Positions 23,392-36,224 of a DNA stretch of 64,000 nucleotides are shown piece after piece (within the stretch, counting starts at the first letter, position 1; each line of letters starts with the position of its first letter). The notes below the pieces were generated by a model, which saw only the letters and a list, made by a program, of their open reading frames with translations, was not told where the DNA came from and ran no database searches. The translations under genes were made by a program, and so were the position numbers. The stretch spans positions 26,474,001-26,538,000 of the forward strand of contig NC_067401.1 of NCBI RefSeq assembly GCF_016432865.1, read 5' to 3'. This DNA comes from Antechinus flavipes (taxonomy: Eukaryota).

Positions 23392-24380
23392 AGATTTTTC
23401 AATTGATAAATAGTCAAAAGATATGAACAGACAATTTTCAGGTAAAGAAATTGAAACCATTTCTAGTCATATGAAAAGGTGCTCCAAATCACTATTGATC
23501 AGAGAAATGCAAATTAAAACAACTCTGAAATACCACTACACACCTCTTAGATTGGCAGGAAAAGATAATGCAGAATATTGGGCGAAATATAAGAAAACTG
23601 GGACACTGATACATTAGTGGTGGAGTTGTGAACTAATTCAACCATTCTGGAGAACAATTTGGAATTATGCCCAAAGGGCTACCAAACTGTTCAGTGTTTC
23701 TATTGGGCTTATATCCCAAAGAGATAATAAAAGAGGGAAAGTGACCCACATGAGCAAAAGTGTTTGTGGCAGCCCTCTTTGTAGTGCTGAGGGACTGGAA
23801 AGTGAGTAGGTACCCTTCAGTTGGGGAATGGCTGACTAAGTTATGGTCTATGAATTTTATGGATTATTATTGTTCTATAAAAAGCAATCAGAAGGATGAT
23901 TTTGAAAAGGTCTGGGAGGACTTATATGAACTGATGCTAAATGAAGTGAACAGAACCAGGAGATCATTGTGCATGGAAATAACAAGATGATCTATTCTGA
24001 TGAACAGAGCTCTTTTCCACAAAGAGATGATTCAGACCATTTCCAATGGTCTTGTGATGAAGAGAGCCATCTGTACTCAGAGAGAAACTGTGGGAACTGA
24101 GTGTGAATCACAACATAGCATTCTCACTCTTTCTGTTGTTAGCTTGCATTTTGTTTTCTTTCTAAGTTTTTTCCCTTTTTGATATGATTTTTCATGGGCA
24201 ACATGATATTTTTGGAAATGTATAGAAGAATTGCACTTATTTAACATATTGCCATCTAAGGGAGGGGGTGCGGGGAAGGAAGGGAAAATTTGGAACACAA
24301 GGTTTTACAAGGGTCAATGTTGAAAACTTAGACATGCATATGTTTTGAAAATAACAAGCTTTAATAAAAAATAAATAAAT
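23392..24380 (+). mobile_element. 5'-truncated L1 (ORF2 C-terminus and 3'UTR) inserted in a MIR
   Basis: ORFs 23423-23617 (MNRQFS…MKRCSKSLLIREMQIKTT…HYTP) and 23760-23990 are L1 ORF2 C-terminal pieces. The MIR resumes after the A-rich tail (atgaggcaggattcaaactc). Confidence 0.9.
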
Positions 24381-24479
24381 ATGAGGCAGGATTCAAACTC
24401 ACACCCTCTGACTCCAGAGCTAGTGTTCTATCCTACCTCCCTTTCCACCTTTGGGCCGATTCCATTGAAAAGTCCTCTG

Positions 24480-25200
24480 CTTCCCTGACAGATGGATAAA
24501 TGGGTCTTTAGCCTGAGAAACTTGCCTCAGATGAGAGGGGAGTCGATTCATTAGCATATGTACCATCCTCCTTTCAAAGACTATTTGCTTCAGCCCGACC
24601 TGACAGGAAAGCCACGGATGTATATTCTCTTGTGGTTTTGTTTGTTCCAATTTTCCATTGGGAAAGCGGCCAACAGCAATTATCCTAAAACTTGGTCCTT
24701 CCTAAGGATCAGGCCAAAGGAAATAGAAGAGGCCAAACTACCTCCGGTGGGCTTGACAAACAAGGGGACGCCTCCTAGAAGTGGGTTATCAAAACAAACC
24801 GAATCTCTTTCCACCCACTAAAGGATGAGCCTCCCAACGTGTCCTCTTCCACACTGTTGTCCAGCAGCCGTTCCGCGGCCATCTGGACCAGGGACAGATT
24901 CTTGGGCCTCGTTCCACATTTTAATCTGTGAGTCTTGGTACCAAGAGGATGGCAGCACGGTAAATATGCAGAGAGAGAGAGAGAGATCGATCAATCAACA
25001 AGTAGTCATCGAGTGACTGACAAATGCTCGACGCTCCTTGATGACAATTTCATTCTTTAAAAGATGGAAAAAACAGCAAAGGAAACCTCTAACCTGGACC
25101 TGACTGACCAATAAATAAGAATCAACTGCTAAAGTAAAAATGATAGCAACCTTGGGAGGAAATAAACACTCCATCTTGAGTCTGTAATAATAGATAAGGA
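24480..25200. promoter_or_regulatory. CNE/enhancer-like unique block
   Basis: No repeat recognised, CpG-retaining. Octamer-like ATTAGCAT ~24550. Confidence 0.3.
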
Positions 25201-25349
25201 GGAGGATCCACCTGGCAAAGTCTGGGGCAAACCCTCGATTTTGGGAGAGTGCATTTTAAAGAGTTCCATCCATCAGCAAGTATAAGTACTTATTCTATGC
25301 CAGACACTGAACCAAGCCCTGGGAATGCAAAGAAAAAGCAAGATAAGTG

Positions 25350-25480
25350 GCACACTGGCCCCGCAGTGAGGAGAAGTCGAGTTCAAATCCAGCCTCAGAC
25401 ACTTATTAGCTGTGTGACTCTAGGCAAGTCATTTAACCCCAATTGCCTCCACACACAAAAAAAGAAAGAAAGAAAAAGCA
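25350..25480 (+). mobile_element. WSINE1-type SINE (partial)
   Basis: gagttcaaatccagcctcagacacttattagctgtgtgac…aaccccaattgcctc followed by an A-rich tail. Confidence 0.75.
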
Positions 25481-25584
25481 AAAACAACCCTTGTGGAAGC
25501 CATTATAAAACAGGGTAGTTGGAAAATAAAGTAATCTCAGAGGGGGAAGAATAAGTGGCCTAATTTTTTGGTTTTCTTTTGGTT

Positions 25585-25945
25585 TTGCTTTAAAAAATAG
25601 TTGCTTTTAATTTTCAAAATATATGCAAAGATAGGGTTTTTAAACATTCACCCTTGCAAAATCCTGTGCAACCACTTTTTCTTTCCTTACCCCTCATCCC
25701 CTCCCCAAGACAGCAAGCAATTGAATGGGCAATTCTCCTATACACATTTATCATGCTGCACAAGAAAAACCAGATTAAAAAGGGGGGAAATGAGGGGGGA
25801 AAGCAAGTAAACAGCAATAGAAAAAGTGAAAACATCATGTTGTGATCCACATTCAGTCCCCACAGTCCTCCCTCTGGATGCAGTTGGTTCTCTCCATCAT
25901 AAGTCAACTGGAATTGGCCTGAATCCCTTCACTGTTGAAAAGAGA
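25585..25945 (-). mobile_element. L1 3'UTR fragment
   Basis: ttttaattttcaaaatatatgcaaagatag…cacccttgcaaaatc…ctctggatgcag. Confidence 0.8.
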
Positions 25946-26829
25946 ATGGCCTAAAATTTTAAAGAGAAATTGGATCAAGAAGGATGAGGTGCTCAAAAAC
26001 ACAAATACAAATGGTTCTCATATCTAATAATAATAGCTAATTTTAAGACAGCATTTTCATAGTTTACAATGGGGAACTGTCCATAGAAAGAGAATGGTAG
26101 AACTTCAAAGGAGAGCAGATGCCTTCTAGATGCAGGTCTATAGAGTGAAGGAGCTGAGCCTGCTGATGTTTGCTCATGGGAGGACCAAAAGGCTTTGTTA
26201 TCTGGGGCTAAGAGGAAGAGCAAAGAAAGAATAGGACTTATATTCAGTGTGGATAGGGCAATGGGAAAAGATAGCAGCTATTTAATATTAATTTTGCTTC
26301 TGCTTTCTTTATCAAAGAGGAGGGTTGTCAGGCTATAAATACTGAGCAGAATTGGTTAACAGGGAGTTGAAGACCAAGATAAGGGAAAAAGAATAGTTGA
26401 ATTGATAATGTACTGGATGAGTAGTCAGGAAAACCTGGATTCATGTACTGCCTTTAACCACAACCAAATCACTTAGTTCCTCTGGATCCTCTCTGTAAAA
26501 AGAGAAGTTGGATTCTAGTACCCCTAGGGACATTTCCAGAGCTAAATCTATAGTCCTGTGAGCTGACATCACCAGAATCCCTTCAATGAGTTCAAGTTAC
26601 CAAGCCTGGCTAGTTTACTGCAAGTACTGAGAGAACTGACAAAATTGATCGCTGAGAGGGTGCTCATGACCTTTGAAATATATAGATAAAAAGAAAGGTC
26701 TTAGAGAGGAAACCCCAAATGACTGGAAACAGAAGCATTGCCCTGATTTTCGAAAGAACTGGAAGAAGCTGAAGACTTCAAGCTAAAGGTTGATGAATTT
26801 GGCTTCAATTCTTGAAAAAATTCAAGGAA

Positions 26830-27350
26830 GTATTTTTTAAAAATTTATATTGACATAATTTGTTTTTATATCACCAATATTTCCTACACTATTCCTCACT
26901 CCTCTCAGAGAATCATCCCTTATAATAAAAAATTTCATAAAAAAGTCAAAATATTGAAAAAAACTGAAATTATATGTAGTATTCTATATCCACAGTCCCC
27001 CACTTCTTCATAGAAGTGAGGCCCTCTCATATCTCTTCTCTGGGGCAAAATTTAGTGTAATTTTGCAGCATTCCATTTTTTATTATTGTGTTGTTATTCT
27101 TTCCATTTCCATTGCTGTAGCCATTGTATATCTCATTTTCTTGGCTCTGCTTCTCTTTGTATCAGTTCATCTAAGTTTTCCCTTGCTTCTCTGCATTCAT
27201 CATATTTGCAGTAATGTTCCATTGTGCTCATGTACCACAATTTGTTTAGCCATTCCCAATCTATGGGCATTTATTATCATTCTTTGTTGTTTCAAAAAAA
27301 ATGCTGCTCTGAATATGTGAATGTACATGGGATCTGTCTATCATTGAACT
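26830..27350 (-). mobile_element. old marsupial L1-derived 3'UTR fragment interrupting the L3
   Basis: Same AT-rich element type as ~54840-55300 and ~60200-60570. Family assignment uncertain. Confidence 0.5.
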
Positions 27351-27363
27351 ATCTAGAAAGTGC

Positions 27364-27516
27364 TTTTGTTTCTTTGTTTTTCGAGGCAATCAGGGTTAAG
27401 TGACTTGTCCAGGGTCATGTAGCTAGTAAGCATCAAGTATCTGAGAATCAAATTTGAACTCAGATTTTCCTGACTCCTGGGCTGATGTGCTATCCGTTGT
27501 ACCACCTAGCTGCCCC
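27364..27516 (-). mobile_element. WSINE1-type SINE
   Basis: T-rich tail, gaggcaatcagggttaagtgacttgtccagggtc…accacctagctgcccc. Imperfect TSD (ctagaaagtgcttt / ctagaaaatgtttt). Confidence 0.85.
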
Positions 27517-28229
27517 TAGAAAATGTTTTTAAAGAGATCATTTTAAAGAGAACTAAATACTCAAAAGAGTATTTAGAAACAGTAACCCCGAGAGACAGCG
27601 TGGATTTTATTATGCCAGAAAGCCTAATTTTTTTTTTGACAAGAGTTGTTAGACTTTGTTAATAATAAGATTGGGTTCACTTTAAAACATATTTTTCATT
27701 TTTGGTCTATTGACTATACTAAAGGCATTAAGACAATATAGGGGAATGATTAAAACATAGCATATCATAAGAAAGGGATTTGACAAAGTCTGTCACGATT
27801 ACCATTATGGGCAAAATGGGAGAAATGGATTAGTAGGGGGATGTGGAACTGGTTAAATGTCTGGGCTTAAAGATGGATCAATGTCAACCTGGAGGGTTGT
27901 CTCTGGTGGAGTATTCCGGGATCTGTCCTCGGCTAAAAACCAAGCAACAATTTTATTTAGGATCCGCATGAAATCTTATCAATCTTTTAGATGACCCAGA
28001 GCTATGAGGGATATCAACATTGTCGAACAAGAGAGTTGGAATACAGAAAAGCTCACAATGAACAAAAACATTTGGCTGGATTTCATTTGTAAAGCCATTT
28101 ACTCGGGTTCAAAACATAAACTGCATAAATACAAGATGTAGGAGGATTGGCTAGCCAGCAATTTGTGTCCTGGGAGATCGAAGTTGGATGTCTTCGCTCC
28201 ACTCTACTATTTATCACAGGCTTTAGAGA

Positions 28230-28660
28230 TCAATCAATCAATCAATAAGCACTTATTAAGTCCCTACAATGTGCCAGGCCCAGGTAAACTAGATCCCTTT
28301 GTTCTCGTCAAATTGATTTGCCTATAAAATGTTCTACTTGCTGTCTTCCTGCCTTTGTTCATGTGGTTTCCCTTCTCTGTAAGGCAATCCCTTCTTATTG
28401 CCACCTTGGAGAATGCTTAGTTTTCTTCAAGACTGCAAATCAAGTGCCTCCTTCTTTGGGAGTTCTTTCTTGATCCTTCTCCATTTTTAATTTTTTCTCC
28501 CTCTTGAAATTATTTTACATTATTTCACATATAATTTAATATAAAATACTACGGGTGCATTTGCGTGCTCTCTTGCTTCATTTTTGTCTTCATGCCCCCA
28601 ATCCTGAGCACAGACTAGGAACATAATAAGTGTTTACTGAATTTAAATGAATTTTGTCAA
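28230..28660. mobile_element. L2 fragments inside the L3
   Basis: tcaatcaataagcacttattaagtccctacaatgtgccagg (antisense end) and cacagactaggaacataataagtgtttactgaat (sense end). Confidence 0.55.
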
Positions 28661-30433
28661 AATGATACGAAGGTTTTAGTCGATTGCAAGTTCATTAGAT
28701 CTCAATAATGTGACCAGGCAGCCGAAAAAGCTTATGGCATATTAGGGTACATTAAGAGAGACATTATGTTCAGAACTAGGGAAGTAATGGGCTCCTATTT
28801 TGTGGTGCTCCAGACTACATCTAGAGTGTTGTGTTCCGTCTCGAGTGCTAAACTTCAGGAAAGACTCTAACTTACTGGAGTGTTCCCAAAGGAAGGTGAA
28901 CCAGGATGTTGAGAAGATTGGTAGGAGGCCGTGGACCTGAAGTCATTTAACAAGAAGAGGTGAAGATGTGGCAGGGGAAGATGATGGTTCCCTTCAGGAG
29001 TATGAAGGACCATCTTGTGGAAAAGAGACTGGCTTTGTTGTGCTTGGTCTCGGCAGGCAGAATAAGGAATAATAGAAGTTAGAAAGAGGCCTGTCTCTGC
29101 TCAGTATTAGGAAAACTTTCTAATTGCTAATGCCATTCCAAAGTAGAATGGACTGCCTGAGGAGGTAGGAGATTCACCATAATTCAAGCTCTTTGAGCAG
29201 AGGCCAGACGACTGTTCTTTGGGGTGTCATAGTGGGGGATCCTTTCCTGGTTCGTCTCCCAGCTACTAATTCCTTTTCAACCAAGATTACTAGTTATGTA
29301 TTGACTCTCTCAGTAAAATATAAGTTGAATGAAGGCAGGAGCTGTTTGTTTTTAATCTATATATCTTTAGTGCTTAGCACAGTGCCTGGCCCATTGTCAT
29401 AATTTAATATTGATTGGTTGATTGATTGATTATTGAGGCCCAAGTTGATCTTTATTCCTTGAAGTTCCTTCCAAATGCAATTCTGCGATGTCCTGGGCTA
29501 GGTTCTGCTGACAAGAAGAAATAGAAGATGTGATCCCTGTCCTAAGGAAGCTTGTTGGAAATTTAAATTTAAAACTCCCCATCAATGCAACAACTGGATT
29601 TAGTTAGTGATGCAGACAGTCTCTAAAGGCTCCCAGAAGATGGGTTGGTCAGTACAAGCTTTATGGAGCCTGAGCTGGGGATTGAAAGAGAAGGAGGGAC
29701 CTCATGGCAAGGGCAATAAGTAGAAAAGTGGCAGGAAATAAGGTTAGACAACCTCATTATTTATAGTGGAAGAATCTGGACTTGCTGTTTACCAAATCAA
29801 GTACTGTATCATGGTAATTTCCTATTGCCATGGAAATAAAGAAATATTAAAGAGTTTGGAGCAGGAAAGAAACATGACCAAACAATGTTTAATGAAGGTT
29901 AGATCAGCAGTCTCAATTCAATTCAACAAACATTTTTTCCCATTTAGAAAAATGCCCAGATCTATGATTTTATCTCTGTGGGGAACTCTCGGGAAGAAAA
30001 CTCCTTTTACTCCTCCCCCTTAATGGTTGTTCCTTCCCTCTGTGATTATCTCTAATTTATCCTTTCTATAATTTGTTTGTACATAGTTGTAGACATGTTG
30101 TCTTCCTCCATTGACATATGAGCTCCTAGAGAACAAGGACTGTTTTTGTCTTTCTGTGTTCCTGGCACATAGTAGGTGCTTAATAAGTGCTTGTTGACAA
30201 GCTTATTGATTTGACCAATTCAAATTGGTTGCAATTTATGGCATTAGAGAACTGTCCAGGGTCCTAAATGGTTAAGGATTTTGTCTGGGGTCACAGATGC
30301 TACATGCAAGGCTTTTAAGGGTAAAAAGACTCAAAAAGATTCTATACCTGGAAATAGCCCCTGGTTTTTAGGGAGTTCACATTTTGCTCAGTATTCCTTG
30401 GAGTTGAGGGAGCCTAGGAAGACCAGCAGTCTT

Positions 30434-30801
30434 TTTTTTAATTAAAGGTTTTTATTTTTCAAAACATATGCATAGATAATTCTGCAACATTAGCCCTTGC
30501 AAAACCTTGTGTTCCAGTTCCCCCTCCTTCTCCCACCCCCACCCCTAAATGGCAAGTAGTCTAATATATGTTAAACATGGTATACGTTAAATCCAATATA
30601 TGCATACATATTTATACCATTATTTTGCTTTACAAGAAAAATCAAATCAAACCAGAAAAGAAAATGATGAAAAATATAAAACTCAAGCAAAAAACAACAA
30701 TAGCAAAAAGAGTGAGAATGCTATGTTGTGAACCACACTCGGTTCCCATGGTCCTCTCTCTGGGTGTGGATGGCTCTTTTGATCACAAGACCATTGGAAC
30801 T
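30434..30801 (-). mobile_element. 5'-truncated L1 3'UTR
   Basis: 15-bp TSD aagaccagcagtctt at 30419-30433 and 30802-30816. Confidence 0.9.
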
Positions 30802-30880
30802 AAGACCAGCAGTCTTGCTTGACTTTGGTAATCAATAGATCCAGCAAGTATCTAGTTAGCACCTAGTAGGTGTCCCTAAT

Positions 30881-31060
30881 GGGGCAGCTAGGGGGCACAG
30901 TGAGTAGAGTACCATGCCTGAGTTCAAATTTGGCCTTAGACACATACTAGCTATGTGACCCTGGGCAAGTCAGTTAACCTAGTTTGACTGAGTTCTTCAT
31001 CTCTAAAATAAACTGGAGAAGGAAATGGTTCTTTGCCAAGACAATCCCAAATGGGATCAC
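30881..31060 (+). mobile_element. MAR1-type SINE
   Basis: ggggcagctagggggcacagtgagtagag…ctggagaaggaaatgg…ctttgccaagacaatcccaaatggg. Confidence 0.8.
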
Positions 31061-32198
31061 AGGGCAACAGGGATACAACAAAAAGTATCGTAACTAGAGA
31101 TAAAAACAAAAATGAGTCAAGGACTGTTCTGAAGCAACTTCCATTCCATTGGTGGAGACCAACATGTCCATATTTAGACAAATATAAAGTATTCACAGAG
31201 CATCATGTGGTGGGTAGTCCCTGAGTCTTGAAAAAATAGGATTCTATGAGTAATTAGTGGTTCTTAGGCCATAACAAGCATCATTGATGAAAACTAGATG
31301 TTGACTTGAGAAGCAGCACAGTACGGTGGAAAAAGTATTGGTTATGGAGCTGGGTTCAAATCTTAATTCTGCCACTTAATGTCTACATGACCTTGGATAA
31401 ATCCCTTCATTGCTAAGATTTAGGATTTATGTGTAAAAATGAAGGAATTGGACAAGATGGCCTATAAGGTTCTTCCTAGCACTAAATCTATTAAGAGCAG
31501 TGAGCTCTGCCCAACACACAAAGGGAATGCGACATGGCTTTCTACCCATTTGTCACCCCCTCCTATTTCATTCTCAACTTTGATTAATTAATGCTGTCAC
31601 CATCTAAGACTTCAGAATATCACTCTCCATAAAAGAAGTAGAGTTGATGGAGCATTGAAGACCCAGGATCAGATCCAATTTCAGACCTTTATGAGCTGTC
31701 TGACTCTGGGCAAATCACTTAAGCCCTCAGTTTCCTTCCCTGTAAAATGGGGATAATAATAACATCTACCACATAGATTGTTGTGAGAACCAGATGAAAG
31801 GATTTAAAGTGCTATATTAATAATAGATGTCATTATTGTCTCAGGAAACATACTACACCACTTTTCTCTTCCAGAGGATATACATTAGGATATAGGTGCC
31901 TAACCAACCCACACAGAGGCGGGGAACAGTTATGAGGAAATTGTATAGATCACCAAAATAACAGAAAAGATCAATGGTTCTGGGTTCACAGAAAATCCAG
32001 TCTTGGGTCCTGGATCAGACACTTCCTGGCCATGATCAAGTCATTTGGACTTTAGTTTTCTCATCTGTAAAGTGGGAATAATGATTCTTAGACAACCTAC
32101 CTCATAAAGTTGTTTCTAAGATAGAGCTCTGAAAACTTAAAATGATGCATGAATAAGAGGTATTTTCTAGGCCCCTAAATATATATATTATAATATGT

Positions 32199-32452
32199 GG
32201 GGCAGTTAAGTGACACAATGGATAGAGTGCCAGACCTGGAATCAGGAAGACCTGATTTCAAATCTGGCCTTAGACACTTACTAGCTGGGTGACCCTGGAC
32301 AAGCCACTTAATCCTGTTTGCCTCAGTTTTCCTCAACTGTAAAATGAGTTGGAGAAGGAAACGGCAAAGCACTGCAGTGTCTTTGCCAAGAAAACCCTAA
32401 ATGAGGTCACAAAGAATCAGATGTGATTGAAAAATAACTGAACAACAACAAA
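32199..32452 (+). mobile_element. full-length MAR1-type CORE-SINE
   Basis: tRNA-like head, core, RTE-like tail (gagttggagaaggaaacggcaaa…ctttgccaagaaaaccc) and a (CAA)n end. Confidence 0.9.
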
Positions 32453-32645
32453 ATATATAATTATACCAGCTATTCATAACTGCAGAAAAGTAACTAGGAT
32501 GGGACAGCTGGTGCTCTGGCCTAGAATGGGAAATGTAAAGGGCACTGACAGCTCATCCTTCCCTATCTTTCTTGTTCCCAAATTGGAAGGAATAGGGGTG
32601 TTTTATCTAGGGGCAGGGCCTACCTCTTCAGCACCACGGAGAGCT

Positions 32646-33290
32646 CCTTCCCCAAGCTCCAATTCAGCATCTCCAACTGCCTGCTGAATATTTCTCTTTG
32701 AATGTCCCATGGGCACCTTGAACCCAGCACATCCTGAACTGAACTGGTCATCTCCTTGTTTCTAATGCTGCTCCACCATCCAGTCCACCCAGGCCTAAAA
32801 CTCAGAGGCCTCTGACTTTTACCTCTCCTTTACCTGACACATCCAATCAGTCACCAGTGCTTCCTGCCCCTGCCTCCACAGTATCTTTTTCATTGATTCC
32901 CAGTCTTATCTTCTCCCTATTCATTCCTCTCCTCCTCTGCCTCAGGTGAGTTCCTCTTATTCCCAGCCACCACCACTCTGGCTCAAAGGAAGAAATGATT
33001 ATTTATGGCCTTGAATTCCTCACCCACTCTATTCCATCTCTCATCCCCATGGACTCCTTCAAGCTCTGCTTCTTAGCCTCTGTTGTGGCTCGGACCAAAC
33101 ACCACTATCTAGATGAACCTCCTTTTCTGATCACCCCTGAAATTACAGTTTTTACCTGTGTACTCTGTCCTTTCTTCCACATAGTACATAAGCTCCCTGA
33201 TGGCAGGAACTGTCTCATTTTTCTCTTTGTATCTTCATGCTTAGTACATAACAGTACTTAATAAGTGCATGTTGGCGGATTGATTCATAT
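32646..33290 (+). mobile_element. L2 fragment (5' part duplicated at 34476-34727)
   Basis: L2-like ctccaactgcctgctgaatatttc…atccaatcagtcacca…; ends with tagtacataacagtacttaataagtgc. Confidence 0.65.
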
Positions 33291-34429
33291 GCCAGCTCCT
33301 AGTCCTAAATAAAGCTTTATTTCCCAGATTGAGTGAATGAGGCATCTTTTCTGTTTCAATAGTTCATCATCTCTCCTGTTCAGAGCCGTTTCGACCTGAT
33401 TCAAACTATTTAAACAATCAATCAGTCAATAAACCTTTATCCAGCACTTATCATTCGGTAAGCCCCGTACCCATCAAAAGAAAACAAAGACTGAAACAGT
33501 TGCCACTGTCGAGGAGCTTGGATTCCTGAACAAGTATAATTAAGCACCTGTTATATACGAGGCATTGTCCTGGGTGCTGGACATAGGCAGAATTCTGACC
33601 ATCCTGCCCTTGACTACCAGATCTGTCCTTGGCCCCGTCTCTCATAGCAACTACACGATCCATTTTCTGTAACGAAGGGATGCTTTTTCTTATTGTTGGT
33701 TGGAATTGTTATTGTTGAAAAAATGGAATGATTCTCTGTCATGTATGAGTTGGATTACAGAACTATTAGGGGTTGGAATGGTTGCTGAGAGGTGGGGGGA
33801 GGATGAGTCACGCTAGTTAACATTGGCCAGGCTTGGCCACTGTCGATGCAGCCTCATCCCCCATCTCCCAGATGCTCTTTCCTCCCTGGGTTTTTGTGAC
33901 ACTTGTTTCCCACCTACTTGTTCAATATTCCTTTTCATTTTCCTTTCCTTAATAACATCATAGACTTAGAGCTGAAAGGGAGCTCTGGCCCTGTGTTTTG
34001 TAGTTATGGAAACTGAGATCCAGAGAGAGCCAATAACTTATTGGAGACCACATAGATAATGAGGGACAGAAGTGAGCTTTGTCTCTCACTTTAAGTCCAG
34101 TACTTATCATCTATATTCCCAGTCCCTCTCTGTGGGCATCCCTCATGACTCTGTCCTCTTCCTTCTCTTATACTTTCTTCTTTAGGCATCAGAGTACTGG
34201 GTCTGGAGTGAGGAAGAAGAGTTCAAATCCAACCTCAGATACTTATTAGCTGAATGACCCTAGGCATGTCACTTCACCCTGCTTGCCTTAGTTTCTTCAT
34301 CTGTAAAAAGGGGAAAATAATTGCACCTACCTCCCATGGATGATTTGGGGATAAAATGGGATGGTAATTGTAAAGAGCTCAGCATTTATTTAATGAGCAC
34401 TGTAGAACTGTTAGAATTGCCACTATCTA

Positions 34430-35290
34430 CCACCTCTCCTTAGGCAATTCCCAAATCTTATCTGTAACCCAGACCCCTTCCCAAGTTCTAATTCAGCAAC
34501 TCCAACGGCCTGCTGAATATTTCCCTTTGGATGTCCCATGGGCACCTTGAACCCAGCATTTCCCAAATTGAACTGGTCACCTTTCCTCAAAACCTCTCTT
34601 TGTTTCTAATGCTGCTCCCATCATCCAGTCCGCCCAGGCCTAAAACCCAGAGGCCTCTCTGATTTTTACCTCTCTTCTACCTGGCACATCCAATCAGTCA
34701 CCAATGCTCCCTGCTCCTGCAGCCACAAGCTCTTTTCCATTGGTTCCTGTTTCTCCTCTTAGTCCGGATCCTGAGCTCTTCTTGTCAGGGCTGGGTATGT
34801 AATAACCTCCCTCTTGGGCTCTCTCCTCCAGTACATTCTTTGAATAATGGCAAAAAGAATCTTCCTAATGCACAGAGTTAACCGTGTCATTCCCCTGTTC
34901 GGACACCTTCAGTTGTTTCTGACTGTGAAATAACATGTGAAGTCTGCAGTTTGGCATTTAGGGCCCTCCATTAGGGCTCCTGACTTCCTTTTCAGCTTCA
35001 TTTCATTCTCCCCTCCCCATACACTTGACATTCCAGCCAAGCTGGCCTCCTGGCTCTCCCCCAATCTTGTCAGAGCTTTGCTACCTTCGTGTCTTCACTC
35101 AGGCCATCCCCCACACTTGGGACATACTCCCTTCCCCCATACTTGGGAGGTACTCCCTTCCCCCACATAGCTTCCTGTTGGAATCCTTCTCTGTCTTTCA
35201 GAACCAGCCTGGTTAGGATGCCACGTTCATGGTACATGATAGCTGCTTAGTCAGTGCTCGATGACTGAATGATTCCTGATCAACTGACTG
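34430..35290 (+). mobile_element. L2 fragment
   Basis: L2-like text throughout (aagaatcttcctaatgcacag…tgtcattcccctgttc…tcccatacacttgacattccagcca). Confidence 0.65.
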
Positions 35291-35665
35291 TGCTCTTCAG
35301 ATTTCTTAAAGTCTTTTGTCTGGATCTCTCCTTTCCCTCATCATACAGTATGGGGCTAGTTAGGTAGATACAGTGCTTTGTTTAGAGTCTGGAAACCATG
35401 TGTTCAAATCCAACCTCAAATACTTGCTAGCTGTGTAATCCTGGGCAAGTCATTTACCTTCTATTTGCCTCATGTTCCTCATCTCTAAAATGGGAAGGGG
35501 TTAATAATAGCTTCTATCTCCCAAAGTTATTGAGAGGATCAAATGAGATCAAATTTATGAAGTGGTTAATGTGATATAGCACATGGCAGTCACTAAATAA
35601 GTGTTCATAATAATTATTATTATTACCTCATATCCTATCCCTTTGCATAATTCCCCCATTAGATT

Positions 35666-36061
35666 ATTAATTTAATTTAATTTTTAAAATATGCATTTCT
35701 TTGTGAATCACGTTGGGAGAGAAAAATCAGAACAAAAGGGAAAAACTACAGGAGAGGAAAAAAACTGAAAAAAGAAGGGAACATAGCATGTGTTGATTTA
35801 CATTCAGTCTCCTTAGTTCTTTTTCTGGATGCAGATGGCGTTTTTTATCCAAAGTTTATTGGGAGTGCCTTGGATCATTGAACCACTGAGAACAACCAAG
35901 TCTTTCATAGTTGATCATAGCACGTTCTTGCTGTTACTGTACAAAGTATTCCTAGTTCTGCTTCTTTCACTCAGCATCAGTCATGTAAACCTTTCCAAGC
36001 CTTTCTAAATCAACTTATTCATCATTTTTATAGAATAATAATATTCCATTACCCCCCCACC
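35666..36061 (-). mobile_element. 5'-truncated L1 3'UTR
   Basis: L1 3'UTR text. 13-bp TSD cccccattagatt at 35653-35665 and 36062-36074. Confidence 0.8.
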
Positions 36062-36081
36062 CCCCCATTAGATTCTCTCTC

Positions 36082-36224
36082 TTTTTTGCTGAGGTAATTG
36101 GGGTTAAGTGACTTGCCCAGGGTCACACAGTTAGGAAGTGTTAAGTATCTTGAGACTAGATTTGAACTCAGGTCCTTCTGATTTCAGGGTTGGTGCTCTA
36201 TCCACTGCGCCACCTAGCTGCCCC
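36082..36224 (-). mobile_element. WSINE1-type SINE, full length
   Basis: ttttttgctgaggtaattggggttaagtgacttgcccagggtcacacag…tccactgcgccacctagctgcccc. Confidence 0.9.

Larger units (their letters stand above)
26580..29270 (+). mobile_element. ancient L3/CR1 LINE (RT region to 3' end), split by younger insertions
   Basis: Degenerate CR1 RT motifs read by eye: VLREL..LIAE (~26624), DWK (~26722), FDKV.H (~27780), S.W..VSGGV..GSVL (~27880), CDQAAEKA..ILG.I.R (~28710), RLHLECCV (~28812). L3-type 3' end at ~29110-29270. Confidence 0.8.
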
